55,983 bases of DNA from Endomicrobiia bacterium (GTDB taxonomy: Bacteria > Elusimicrobiota > Endomicrobiia > DTEH01), in contig JANXCA010000003.1 in assembly GCA_025060535.1 (NCBI GenBank), positions 1-55,983 of the forward strand, in the 5' to 3' direction. The position numbers were made by a program, and so were the translations under genes. Shown piece after piece: positions 20,119-29,860 of this stretch (positions within the stretch are counted from its first letter, which is position 1; each line of letters starts with the position of its first letter). The notes beneath the pieces were generated by a model. It was not told where the DNA came from. It worked only from the letters and a program-made list of their open reading frames with translations, and did no database searches.

Positions 20119-22214
20119 TATTTGAATCTAGCTATATAAATTTCTAAAAGAAAAACTAAGATAAAAATTAATCCCAAAAAAGGATTTCTGTATATCCAAA
20201 AAGTCTCAGTATAATTTTGAGAAAATTCTTTTTTAAAATTTTCAATAACTTCTGAAATATCTAAATTATCTAAACTTATAACTTGAGTACTATAAAAATC
20301 AGCTAACTTTTTCATATACTCTGCATTAGGTTTCAAGTAAGCCATTTCTTTATAGTTAGCCTCTGTAACATTTATAAATTTTTCCTCTTTAAAAATATAT
20401 TTTTCTGTTTTTAATATTGCACCAATAGCATATCTTCCAGGTAGTGTAGGTAAGAAACTTGTATAGTATCTATCCTTTTGAATTTTTCTAAGTTTAAGAG
20501 GTTTTTTAGAAAAATCTGGCAGTGTTAAGTAAGATTCAAATGAAACTATATTATCAATATTAGAAAGTAAAATACTAATATTTACCTCTTCTGATATTTT
20601 ATAATTTTCATCACATATTATATTTATATTTTTTATATCTTCCACACCTGCACAATAATATATTACTTTTTTCCAAAATTTATCATAAAAACTTTTAAAA
20701 TCATACTTTTCAGAAAAAACATTACCTAAACGCCATCGCCAAGTAGAATTTGTAGCAGAAACAAAAACCCTTCCTTTATTCCTTTTAGCATAGCACATAA
20801 TAGGATTGTTTTTGTAGCTTAATAATACTATGGCATCTTCTTTATTATATAATAATTGATAATTAGATAAATATGGCAAATTTTTCCAATAAAGTTCATT
20901 CTCTGTTTTGTCATCCATTATCATAGTTAATTTATCATTAAAATTTATATTATCTGGTTTTATTTCCTCATACAAAAATTTCTCTTTTTCAGTTAAGTAT
21001 ACTGGGAGAATATCTTCTATAGGTGTAAACTTATATCCACCTAAAAAAAACGAATTTTCCCCGCCAATCATGATAAAACCACCACCAGAAAGTACAAATT
21101 TTCTTATATTTTCTAAGTATTCAAGAGGAATACCAAATCTACGGTAGGTAAAATTTTCAAAAATTAACAAATCAAAATTAAAAAGCTCTTTTATAAAAAT
21201 ATCATAAACTGGAAAAGGAATTAAAGCTGATTCAGTATCTGGTACAATCGCTATACTTTCTGGATTTCTTAAAATAACAAAAGAAACTAAATCTATATAA
21301 GGATCATTTTTCAGCAAACTCCTTAAATTAAAATATTCTGCTGAAGGTTGACCACATAAATATAACACCCTTATTTTGTTTTTTTTAACCTCTATATCTA
21401 AATTCACAAAATTGTTTTCATAACTAACTTCATTTTTGGAAGGTTCTATAATTAGTTTTAATTTATTAGCTCCTACTTTGTTTAACGCAAATTTCAAAGT
21501 TATTTCGTTTATTCCTTCATTTAAATTAAAATTATTTTGATAAATAACTTTACTTGTTTCTATATCAATCAGTTTTATCTTAGTAATATCATTGTATCCG
21601 TAGTTATACACATACGCTTTTACTTCATGATCTATACTTTTAAAACCAATTTTACTATATCTTACTTCAAATATTGACTTGTCTCTAAATTCTTTATCAT
21701 AAACATACACAGGAATTACTTTAACTTTATCTTTTTTTATAAAAGGCAATTCTTCTGTAAAATTTATACCGTCTGAAAATAAGAAAACTATAGATGGATA
21801 CTCAAGTTGGTATACAAGTTCATCAATAGAAGAGTTAATTTTTGTCATTTTATTTGTAGAAACAATTTCATCTATTTTTTTAATCTCATATTTGCCTTCA
21901 TTAAATCCATATATTTTAGTGTTATATTTTTTTATCTTAGTGTAATTTTTTTCTAAGAAATTTTTAACCCTTTGAATCCTATTGTTTACCTGCATACTAC
22001 CTGAAGTATCCACCATTAAAAATAATCGTAAATTATCAATTCTTTTAGGCAATTTATATCCGAAGTTTAATGTCATAAGTATTACTAAAAAAAACAGAAA
22101 AATTCTGATTATTTTTAAATCTTTTCTTTTTATTTTTATAAAACTAAAGATTATTATCACTACGAAGATAAGAACCAATAAAATATTTATTAATGAAAGC
22201 CTAACAACTATCAT
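20118..22214 (-). CDS. Membrane-anchored vWA + GATase1-like domain protein
   Basis: MVDTSGSM (MIDAS DxSxS), LFSDG, DLVSFVILR...LIPFP, FVLSGGGFIMIGGENSF..GGY, GRVF...STWRW; N- and C-terminal TMs. Confidence 0.8.
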   Translation of the reverse strand: MIVVRLSLINILLVLIFVVIIIFSFIKIKRKDLKIIRIFLFFLVILMTLNFGYKLPKRIDNLRLFLMVDTSGSMQVNNRIQRVKNFLEKNYTKIKKYNTKIYGFNEGKYEIKKIDEIVSTNKMTKINSSIDELVYQLEYPSIVFLFSDGINFTEELPFIKKDKVKVIPVYVYDKEFRDKSIFEVRYSKIGFKSIDHEVKAYVYNYGYNDITKIKLIDIETSKVIYQNNFNLNEGINEITLKFALNKVGANKLKLIIEPSKNEVSYENNFVNLDIEVKKNKIRVLYLCGQPSAEYFNLRSLLKNDPYIDLVSFVILRNPESIAIVPDTESALIPFPVYDIFIKELFNFDLLIFENFTYRRFGIPLEYLENIRKFVLSGGGFIMIGGENSFFLGGYKFTPIEDILPVYLTEKEKFLYEEIKPDNINFNDKLTMIMDDKTENELYWKNLPYLSNYQLLYNKEDAIVLLSYKNNPIMCYAKRNKGRVFVSATNSTWRWRLGNVFSEKYDFKSFYDKFWKKVIYYCAGVEDIKNINIICDENYKISEEVNISILLSNIDNIVSFESYLTLPDFSKKPLKLRKIQKDRYYTSFLPTLPGRYAIGAILKTEKYIFKEEKFINVTEANYKEMAYLKPNAEYMKKLADFYSTQVISLDNLDISEVIENFKKEFSQNYTETFWIYRNPFLGLIFILVFLLEIYIARFK

Positions 22215-22948
22215 CTGTTTAATCTTTCCTGAATATAAGGTTGATGAACTTTATCCATTTTATATGTTCCACACAAGGAGTACATTATTATATTAAGAAA
22301 TAATTTCTGTGAATTAAATCTTTGTTGCTCTCCACCTGGAATACAACTATAAATATAATTACCTAATCTATCTCTAGCCCAACAAGCAATAATATTATTT
22401 CTTGAATAAATTATTACTGGTCTATTTTCATATTCAATATATTCTAAATAATTATACATAGCTATCCTACCTGTAACTTTTCTAATTAAATAAAATGATT
22501 TCATCAGCACATAATCTCTATCTGTCTTTTTAAGTTTATATTCTGGAAACATTTGTTTTAAAATTTTTCTTATAGATTCATCAAACTTACTATTATATAA
22601 TTCAGAAGTATCTTCTATAAAAATAGTTCCTCCACTTGTTACATAATCTCGTAAAACTTTTATATTCTTAAAAGGAATTATTACTTCATTATTTCCAAGT
22701 AATATTACAAACGGGACTTTTGAAATTTCATATTTTAACTTATCGGAAGAAATATCAATTATAATTCTCTCCTTTTCTACCTTCACACTAGTGGTTATTT
22801 CAAGAATATCTAAAATATCTTTATACACATCAGGATATGGGTCCCAATTGCCAGGATATTTAAGTTGCGCAAATATAAATTTATCAGAAGCAAAAATATA
22901 AGAAATATATAAAGAAAACACAAAAATAAAATAAATCCTTTTGATCAT
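22211..22948 (-). CDS. DUF4159 domain protein
   Basis: Signal peptide; QLKYPGNWDPYP, LRDYVTSGGTIFIED, SFYLI, NIIMYSLCGTYKMD.VH motifs. Confidence 0.8.
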   Translation of the reverse strand: MIKRIYFIFVFSLYISYIFASDKFIFAQLKYPGNWDPYPDVYKDILDILEITTSVKVEKERIIIDISSDKLKYEISKVPFVILLGNNEVIIPFKNIKVLRDYVTSGGTIFIEDTSELYNSKFDESIRKILKQMFPEYKLKKTDRDYVLMKSFYLIRKVTGRIAMYNYLEYIEYENRPVIIYSRNNIIACWARDRLGNYIYSCIPGGEQQRFNSQKLFLNIIMYSLCGTYKMDKVHQPYIQERLNR

Positions 22949-22959
22949 AAAATAACTAT

Positions 22960-24963
22960 TTATAAATTTCTACCTCCCAATCTTGACAAAATAGTTTCAA
23001 GAATTAAAAATACTATTACTAATGTTAAAACTTCTTTTGAAAATTCTTTACCAAAACACCACTGAAGAATGAATTCCTTTGAGTTTTTTTTAAGAATATC
23101 TATAAAATTTATATTATTAAACTTTTTTGTAGAAAGAAGTTCTTTTCTAAGTTCAGATTTATTAACAAGTTCTATAGAACTTTCTTTAGGTGGAGTATTT
23201 ATCGCTATATAAATTTCATTATTTTTTTGTAAATTAAACTTATAAATTCCAGGTAGATAAAATTTTATTCCACCAAATATTTTTTCATAATAATTATTCG
23301 AATAAACTCTATTTTGAACAATAGGGATTATACTATTTATATTATCTTCACCTAATAATATAGGCTCAGAAATAAAATAATATGGCTTTTGTTTTATTTT
23401 AAAATCTTCTTTTTTTAAAATGAAATTTATAAAACTTATAAATAATGGTTTATATACATAGTTCGAATCATCTTTATAAATAGAAAAACTAAATAAATAG
23501 GTATTTTTATTATTTAAAACTGCTGGATAACCATCTGAAAACTTAAGTATCGTCTTCCAATTCTCCTTATCAACAACATTTAATAGATGCCTTTTAAATA
23601 TCTTTATATTCTTGTATTCAAACTTTTCAAAAAATTTTTTAAATTCTTCATCCTCATCCGTCAAACTCAAATTAAATCCGGAAATATTTCTCTGTGTCTC
23701 AATAAATTCAATTCCATTAAAAAACTTTTCATAAGATTGAATATCAATGTGTTCATCTATAAAAAATATCTTAGTAATATTACCATTATCTAAATACCTC
23801 TCTATACTTTCTATATCCTTAACATCTACACTCATTACACAATCATATCCGTCTAAATCATCAATGAAAAACTCTTTTTCTTCCAAAGGGATCACTTTTA
23901 CATAAAATTCAGATGAAGATAAATTTTCTATATAAAATTTTTTACTATCTATTCCTTTTACATATATAGGTTCATTTAAAAAACATAAAATTTTTCTCTG
24001 AGATCTATTTACTTGGAAAGAAAAATAAAAATTATTATCACCATTAATTGCATCATTAGGTAAATTAAAATATCCAATTAAATTTTTATCTCCTAAGATA
24101 TAATTAAACCTACTATTTTGAGAAAAAGATATATTTCTACTATCAATTTGTTCATTATTAATAAAAAGTTTCACATTTATTTTATCCACTAAAGAAGTAG
24201 AAGAAATTATTTTAGGCATAAGTTCTAATATATCCTCTTCTCTATTTAAAGAAAATTTTATGCTTTCTATATAAAAATTTGCATCAACATAATTAGGATA
24301 ACAAAACAAAATATCAAACTTATTGGAATTTTCTTTTTCTTTAAAATTAGAAAATTCTAAAATGTGGTTTGCCAAATCTGTAAATACTATTATTTTATCA
24401 ATTGGGAAATTGAAATTTGATTCTAAGTATTCTATTAACAATGCTAAATTGGTTGATTTAAAAGTATCTGATATGTTTAAAATTTTATCATTAATTGCTT
24501 TTTCATTTAAAATTGTTTGATATCCATCATATATAAGATTTATTGATTCATCAAAAGTAATAATTTTAAATTTCACATTATATTCACGTAACTCTTTTAT
24601 TAAATCCAATAAATATAATTTACATAAGTTCAATTTGTTAGTATTCGAAATTTTCTGCTGCATAGAAAAAGAAGTATCTAATGCTAATATTAAATTCATA
24701 CTATGTTTTTTAGAGGGATTAAAATATATTATAGGGACAGCAAAAAATAAAATGACAAACGTTATTATTAAACATCTCAAAATCATTACAACTATATCAA
24801 TTATTCTTCTTTTAAAAGAATAATTTGTGAGAATTCTATGGATTAGATTTAAATATGTAAATTTTATAGTTTTGCTTTTTTTCTCAAATAAAAGATGCAA
24901 TAATATAGGAAAAAGAGCTAAAGGTAAGAGTAATAATAAAAATTTATTGTAAAAATAAATCAT
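22960..24963 (-). CDS. BatA N-terminal domain + vWA protein
   Basis: LLPLALFPILLHLL...IKFT...LRCLII...FAVP double-TM BatA signature; LALDTSFSM MIDAS; VFTD; C-terminal TM (LILETILSR). Confidence 0.8.
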   Translation of the reverse strand: MIYFYNKFLLLLLPLALFPILLHLLFEKKSKTIKFTYLNLIHRILTNYSFKRRIIDIVVMILRCLIITFVILFFAVPIIYFNPSKKHSMNLILALDTSFSMQQKISNTNKLNLCKLYLLDLIKELREYNVKFKIITFDESINLIYDGYQTILNEKAINDKILNISDTFKSTNLALLIEYLESNFNFPIDKIIVFTDLANHILEFSNFKEKENSNKFDILFCYPNYVDANFYIESIKFSLNREEDILELMPKIISSTSLVDKINVKLFINNEQIDSRNISFSQNSRFNYILGDKNLIGYFNLPNDAINGDNNFYFSFQVNRSQRKILCFLNEPIYVKGIDSKKFYIENLSSSEFYVKVIPLEEKEFFIDDLDGYDCVMSVDVKDIESIERYLDNGNITKIFFIDEHIDIQSYEKFFNGIEFIETQRNISGFNLSLTDEDEEFKKFFEKFEYKNIKIFKRHLLNVVDKENWKTILKFSDGYPAVLNNKNTYLFSFSIYKDDSNYVYKPLFISFINFILKKEDFKIKQKPYYFISEPILLGEDNINSIIPIVQNRVYSNNYYEKIFGGIKFYLPGIYKFNLQKNNEIYIAINTPPKESSIELVNKSELRKELLSTKKFNNINFIDILKKNSKEFILQWCFGKEFSKEVLTLVIVFLILETILSRLGGRNL

Positions 24964-24969
24964 AAAAAA

Positions 24970-25848
24970 TTATTCTAATATAATTTTTAAATTTTCTAGA
25001 ATTGGTAAAGAAGTATATATGGTTTTATATTTTATATTTTTGTCATTTAATTCTTTATTATAGTAATCTATCAGATTTAAAAATTCTTTTACATAAAGAT
25101 CTTTAATCTCAACAAGATTTGTCTTTACTTCTGGTAATTTTTCTTCTATGTCTTTAAATCTTATATTATCAAAGTCAAACTCAAGAGTTTTTTCTTTAGG
25201 ATATATAATATGCAACACAAATAAATAAATGCCATATGAAGAAACCTCTTTTAGTAATTTAACAGTTATTTTTTCATCATCTGATATTAAATCCGACATC
25301 AAAATAATAAGAGTCCTTTTTTTAAATTGAGACAAAATCTTATCTATAACATTGGTAAAATTAGAATAATCTCCCTTTATTTCTTTCTCTAAAAAATCTA
25401 ATATATTATAATAAAAACTCTCAACAGATGAACTATTTAATATATCGATAATTTTATTATCAAATTTTACAACTCCTACTTTGTCTTTTTGATTTAAAAA
25501 TATATAACTGAGATAGGAACATATATAATTTGCATACTCATACTTTGTAATACCATCTTCAGGATACCACATAGAAGCAGAACAGTCAATAAAAAAATAA
25601 ACTTCTAAATTTGTTTCTTGGTGAAATTGTTTAATAAAAAATTTATCTCTCCTACCATATATTTTCCAATCAATAAGCTTTATATCATCTCCGTAAGAAT
25701 ACTCTCTATGTTGAACAAAATCAAGGGATTTTCCTATAAACCAACTTTTATGTTTTCCTGAATACTTACCATCCACTTTGTTATTAATTTCAAAAATAAA
25801 AAATTTAATATGTTGTAATATTTCTTCTTGTAAATATTTATATTTCAT
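24970..25848 (-). CDS. DUF58 domain protein
   Basis: GKHKS..IGKSLDFVQHREYSYGDDIKLIDWKIYGR...IKQF.QET; IDCSASM; LMSD. Confidence 0.9.
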   Translation of the reverse strand: MKYKYLQEEILQHIKFFIFEINNKVDGKYSGKHKSWFIGKSLDFVQHREYSYGDDIKLIDWKIYGRRDKFFIKQFHQETNLEVYFFIDCSASMWYPEDGITKYEYANYICSYLSYIFLNQKDKVGVVKFDNKIIDILNSSSVESFYYNILDFLEKEIKGDYSNFTNVIDKILSQFKKRTLIILMSDLISDDEKITVKLLKEVSSYGIYLFVLHIIYPKEKTLEFDFDNIRFKDIEEKLPEVKTNLVEIKDLYVKEFLNLIDYYNKELNDKNIKYKTIYTSLPILENLKIILE

Positions 25849-25894
25849 TTCTAATATAAGTTAAGAAAAGAAACAAAAAAATGAAAAGTTATTT

Positions 25895-26518
25895 TTAAAA
25901 ATTTTTTCTACTACCAGGTTTCACTAACTTTATACCTTGTTTACATAAAGGACATATCTTAGGGTCATAATTGTTTATTTTTAATTTCATTAAATAGAAA
26001 TATGGATATTTAAAATTTAAATCATTTTCGTTTTCTGTTCTATTTATTATACTACTTAAGGCTAAAATGTTTCCATTTCTTTCTTTAACTACATCTATTA
26101 CTTCCTGGGTAGATCTACCTGTAGTTACTACATCTTCCACAATTAAAATATTATCAGAATATGTAATATCAAATCCTCTTCTTAAAGTCATCTTACCATC
26201 ATCTGTACGTTCAGTAAAAATTGCACGAATTTTTTTATTATTATTTCTTCCTATAACTCTTGCAACTTCTTGTCCTATTATTATTCCTCCTAATGCTGGA
26301 GATATAACTAAATTTATATCTTCCCACATACTAAAATTATTTCTTATTTCTTCAAACAATAATTCAGCAATTCTTTCTGCTATTTCTGGATATTGAAGAA
26401 CTAAAGCACATTGAATATACTTATCACTATGCAAACCAGACGAAAGTAAAAAGTGTCCCTCTAAAATTGCATTATGTGTCTTTAAAATTTCTATAACATA
26501 ATTTTCTTTAGTATCCAT
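25895..26518 (-). CDS. pyrE: Orotate phosphoribosyltransferase
   Basis: EGHFLLSSGLHSDKYIQC, SPALGG, LRRGF, VEDVVTTGRS (PRPP loop), CPLC...KPGSR. Confidence 0.95.
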   Translation of the reverse strand: MDTKENYVIEILKTHNAILEGHFLLSSGLHSDKYIQCALVLQYPEIAERIAELLFEEIRNNFSMWEDINLVISPALGGIIIGQEVARVIGRNNNKKIRAIFTERTDDGKMTLRRGFDITYSDNILIVEDVVTTGRSTQEVIDVVKERNGNILALSSIINRTENENDLNFKYPYFYLMKLKINNYDPKICPLCKQGIKLVKPGSRKNF

Positions 26519-26972
26519 ATTTTTTATAAAACTCTAACTCTCTTTTTAATTCTTTTTCCTTTATTTCTTCTCGTCTATCAATAAGTTTTTTATATTTACA
26601 TAATGCTATTTCAACCTTTGCAAAACCTCTTTCATTAAAATAAACTTTTGTTGGTTTTAAAACTAACCCTTTTTGAGACATTTTTCCTATTATTCTGTTT
26701 ATTTCTTCTTTATGAAGTAATAACTTCCTAGGTCTATCTATAGGAATCTTTATATGAGTTGCCTTTTCATATTCTGCAATTTTTGAATTTATTAGCCAAA
26801 TCTCATTTTTTTTAACGATACAATAAGCATCTTTTATGTCTATCTTACCACTTCTTATAGATTTAACCTCACTCCCTTTCAATACTATTCCCGCCTCATA
26901 AGTTTCTAAAATTTCAAAATTATGATAAATTTTTTTATTAGTTGTAACTATAGCCTCAGTTTTATTTTTCAT
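26508..26972 (-). CDS. smpB: SsrA-binding protein
   Basis: NKK..HNFEILETYEAGIVLKGSEVKSIR, RPRKLLLHKEEI, KVEIAL, DRREEIKEKE. Confidence 0.95.
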   Translation of the reverse strand: MKNKTEAIVTTNKKIYHNFEILETYEAGIVLKGSEVKSIRSGKIDIKDAYCIVKKNEIWLINSKIAEYEKATHIKIPIDRPRKLLLHKEEINRIIGKMSQKGLVLKPTKVYFNERGFAKVEIALCKYKKLIDRREEIKEKELKRELEFYKKYGY

Positions 26973-28333
26973 TCAATTTTATATTTTTTGATTTTATAAT
27001 AAAGCGCTTGTCTGCTTATACCTAAAATTTCGGCAGCTTTCTTTTTATTATATTTAGAAGCAATTAATGCTTCTTTTATTTGCTTGATTTCAAATTCTTT
27101 TTTATTTTTTATAATTGGTTCTATTTAACTGAGATTCTTTAATTTCAGTAGGTTTGTTAAATCCACTAAAAGATACTAACTGAATTGATTGCGCTAAATG
27201 TTCTGGATAAATTACATCATCAGCTAATAAAACTGCCCTTCTTATCACATTTCTTAGTTCACGAATATTACCAGGCCAGCTGTAGCGTTTAAACAACTCT
27301 CTCACAGAAAAAGAAATTGTTTTTACATTCTTATTAAATTCTTTATTTGCTTGTTGAATAAAATACTCAGTGAGTATAAAAATATCCTCACCCCTTTCTC
27401 TTAATGGAGGTTATATATCATAAATTCATTTAACCGATGAAAAAGATCTTCTCTAAAACTACCACTTTTTACCTTTTCCTCTAAAGGAGTATTACTTGCT
27501 GCAATTACTCTTACATCCACCTTTAAAGGTCTTGAACTACCCAAGGGATGGATCTCCTTATCTTGAAGAACCCTCAAAAGTTTTGCTTGGGCAGAATATG
27601 GAAGATTTGAAACTTCATCTAAAAATATGGTTCCATTGTTAGCAAGTTCAAACATACCTTCTTTTCGCCTTTCAGCACCTGTAAAAGCACCTTTCTCATA
27701 ACCAAATAATTCACTTTCTATAAGAGTGTCAGGAATTGAACCACAATCTACAACTATAAACGGACCTTCTTTTCTATTACTTCTTCTATGAATTAACTTA
27801 GCAATCTCTCCCTTTCCTACTCCACTTTCTCCTTGAAGTAATACAGTAAGATTAGTAGGGGCAACTTTTTCAACTAATGATAATACTTCAACAATTTTTT
27901 TATCTCTTCCTATTAAAAACTCTTCAGAAGGTGTCTCCACTTTTCTTTTTAATAAACTTAATTCTTTTTTCATCATACGAAAATTTATTGCTTTTTGAAG
28001 AGTTAGTATTATCTTTTCTTTGTCTAATGGTTTTACTAAATAATCAAAAGCACCTGCTTTCATTGCCTCTACAGCATTTTCTATTGTTGCATATCCAGTT
28101 ATTATTATGACAGGAAGTTCTTCACAATTACTTTTTATAGATTTCAAAACATCTAAACCCTGTTTATCAGGAAGATTTAAATCAAGAAAGATAACATCTG
28201 GATTTTCTTTTTCTATTTTTTTAATTGCATCCTTAAAACTATTAGAGATTATACATCTATTTCCTGCTTTTTCTAATACTTCTGAAAGTATATTGCATAA
28301 ATTTATATCATCATCTACAATTAACACTATCAT
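26969..28333 (-). pseudogene. NtrC-family sigma54-dependent response regulator (REC-AAA+-Fis HTH) interrupted by two opposite 1-bp indels
   Basis: REC (IVDDD, FLDLNLP, AFDYLVKP), GESGVGK, ESELFGYEKGAFTGA, FLDEV. One base is missing near 27411 (IY[I]PPLRERGEDI continues in another frame, through WPGNIRELRN). One extra base lies at ~27105-27125; after it EFEIKQIKEALIASKYNKKKAAEILGISRQALYYKIKKYKIE* ends at a TGA overlapping the smpB ATG. Repaired length is 454 aa. Confidence 0.9.
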
Positions 28334-28342
28334 ATTTTTATA

Positions 28343-28371
28343 ATTTTATCATTTTTTTATTGCCTTATCAA
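28343..28371 (-). promoter_or_regulatory. Candidate sigma70 promoter for the regulator-smpB-pyrE run (near-leaderless)
   Basis: TTGATA, 17 nt, (TGA)TAAAAT extended -10. The ATG is only 9 nt downstream and there is no SD. Confidence 0.5.
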
Positions 28372-28390
28372 TAGGCAAGAGTAATTACTC
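28360..28390. promoter_or_regulatory. Two abutting dyads in the divergent intergenic region (putative operators)
   Basis: TTGCCT-N7-AGGCAA (28360-28378) immediately followed by the perfect 12-bp palindrome GAGTAATTACTC (28379-28390). Confidence 0.5.
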
Positions 28391-28426
28391 GTTGATTTTT
28401 CCTTTGGAATTTAATATAAAATAAAG

Positions 28427-29857
28427 ATGAGATTAAACTCTTTTTCTACGAAACTAATTGGCATTGTTACATTTTCTTTAATTTTATTTTCTTCTATTTT
28501 AACTTTTGTAATATATCACATAATAAAAAATAACCTTCTTGTTAACTTAAAAACTCGTTCAGAATATCTAATAGAAGAAATAAAGTCATCTGTCCATCCT
28601 ACAATTGACCTTCTAAGTATTAGAAATATAATTAATGAAATAAAAAAGAATGAAGATATTTACTATTTTGCTTTATATGATAATAATGGAAATATAATAT
28701 ATTTCTATCTGCGCAATAACTCTCCCTTTAAACCAAATGTTTTAGAAGAAACTGATTTAAAAAAAGACAAAATTTCATTGAAGTTTCTTTCTTCTGAAAA
28801 GATATATAAAAATTTTTTTGAAAAAATAAAAACCAATATTCTTTTATTTTTTTCTGACGAAAAATCTAAAAATGTAAGTGTGGCTGAAGTAAGAATTCCG
28901 ATTTTTATAAAAGAAAAAAAATTAGGAGTTATACAATTTGGACAACAAGGAAAGTATCTATATTCAACTTTGAAAAATGCATTACTTACTATAATAGGTA
29001 TATCTTTTATAATTTTTGTATTTACCTTAAAGTTTACTTATATTACTTTAAAATCTATGACCAAGCCAATAAATATACTTTCTAATATAGCTGAGGAAAT
29101 ATCTAAGGGAAATCTTCAAGTTGGGGTTCCAATATTCCATAGTTCTTACGAGGTATATAACCTTTCAATAAAAATGCAACATATGGTTTGGGGATTAAGA
29201 GAAAGAGAAACTATAAAGAATATATTTGGTAAGTATATAGACAAAAAATTAGTTGATAAACTTCTTAAAGAAAAAAGCCAACTTAAAGGTATTAAGAAAG
29301 AAATTGTGGTATTTTATATAGATATGCAGGACTTTACAAAATTCACAGAACAAAATAAACCAGAAGTTGTTGTGGAAACCCTAAATAAATTTTTTACAAT
29401 CACAATTGATGCTATAACAAAATACGGTGGCATTATTGATAAACTAATAGGTGATGCTGTATTAGCTCATTTTGGAGCTATAGAGACAAAAAAAGAAGAC
29501 CCTCAAAATGCAATAATGGCTGCTTTAGAGTTTGTTAGAAAACTTAGACAATTTAACGAAGAAAGAAAAAAACAAAATCTAAATGAAATAAAAGCTGGTG
29601 TTACAATCCACATAGGAGAGGTAATAGTTGGTAATATTGGACATAAAGAAAGAATGGAATTTACTATAGTAGGCGATGCAGTAAATACAGCTTCAAGAAT
29701 GCAACTTTACAATAGACAATTTAACATTCCGGTATTGTTTACAAAAGAACTAACAGAAAAAATACAACCTAACATTTTTAAATTCAAATTTGTGTCACAA
29801 GTAAACATTCGAGGAAAAACTCAACCTATAGAACTTTATACCATAGAAAATATATAA
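28427..29857 (+). CDS. Membrane class III adenylate cyclase (TM-sensor-TM-HAMP-cyclase)
   Basis: Two TMs, HAMP (KPINILSNIAEEISKGNL), FYIDMQDFT, IDKLIGDAVLAHFG, EFTIVGDAVNTASR. The K and T specificity residues indicate ATP as substrate. Confidence 0.92.
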   Translation: MRLNSFSTKLIGIVTFSLILFSSILTFVIYHIIKNNLLVNLKTRSEYLIEEIKSSVHPTIDLLSIRNIINEIKKNEDIYYFALYDNNGNIIYFYLRNNSPFKPNVLEETDLKKDKISLKFLSSEKIYKNFFEKIKTNILLFFSDEKSKNVSVAEVRIPIFIKEKKLGVIQFGQQGKYLYSTLKNALLTIIGISFIIFVFTLKFTYITLKSMTKPINILSNIAEEISKGNLQVGVPIFHSSYEVYNLSIKMQHMVWGLRERETIKNIFGKYIDKKLVDKLLKEKSQLKGIKKEIVVFYIDMQDFTKFTEQNKPEVVVETLNKFFTITIDAITKYGGIIDKLIGDAVLAHFGAIETKKEDPQNAIMAALEFVRKLRQFNEERKKQNLNEIKAGVTIHIGEVIVGNIGHKERMEFTIVGDAVNTASRMQLYNRQFNIPVLFTKELTEKIQPNIFKFKFVSQVNIRGKTQPIELYTIENI

Positions 29858-29860
29858 AAC

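Noticed and set aside
26508-27000. tmRNA (ssrA) or an integration site next to smpB
   Set aside because: smpB overlaps coding sequence on both sides; no tRNA-like ends, integrase or att repeats were seen.
27102-27305. 67-aa ORF treated as a separate gene
   Set aside because: It is the middle fragment (WPGNIRELRN) of the frameshifted NtrC-family regulator.
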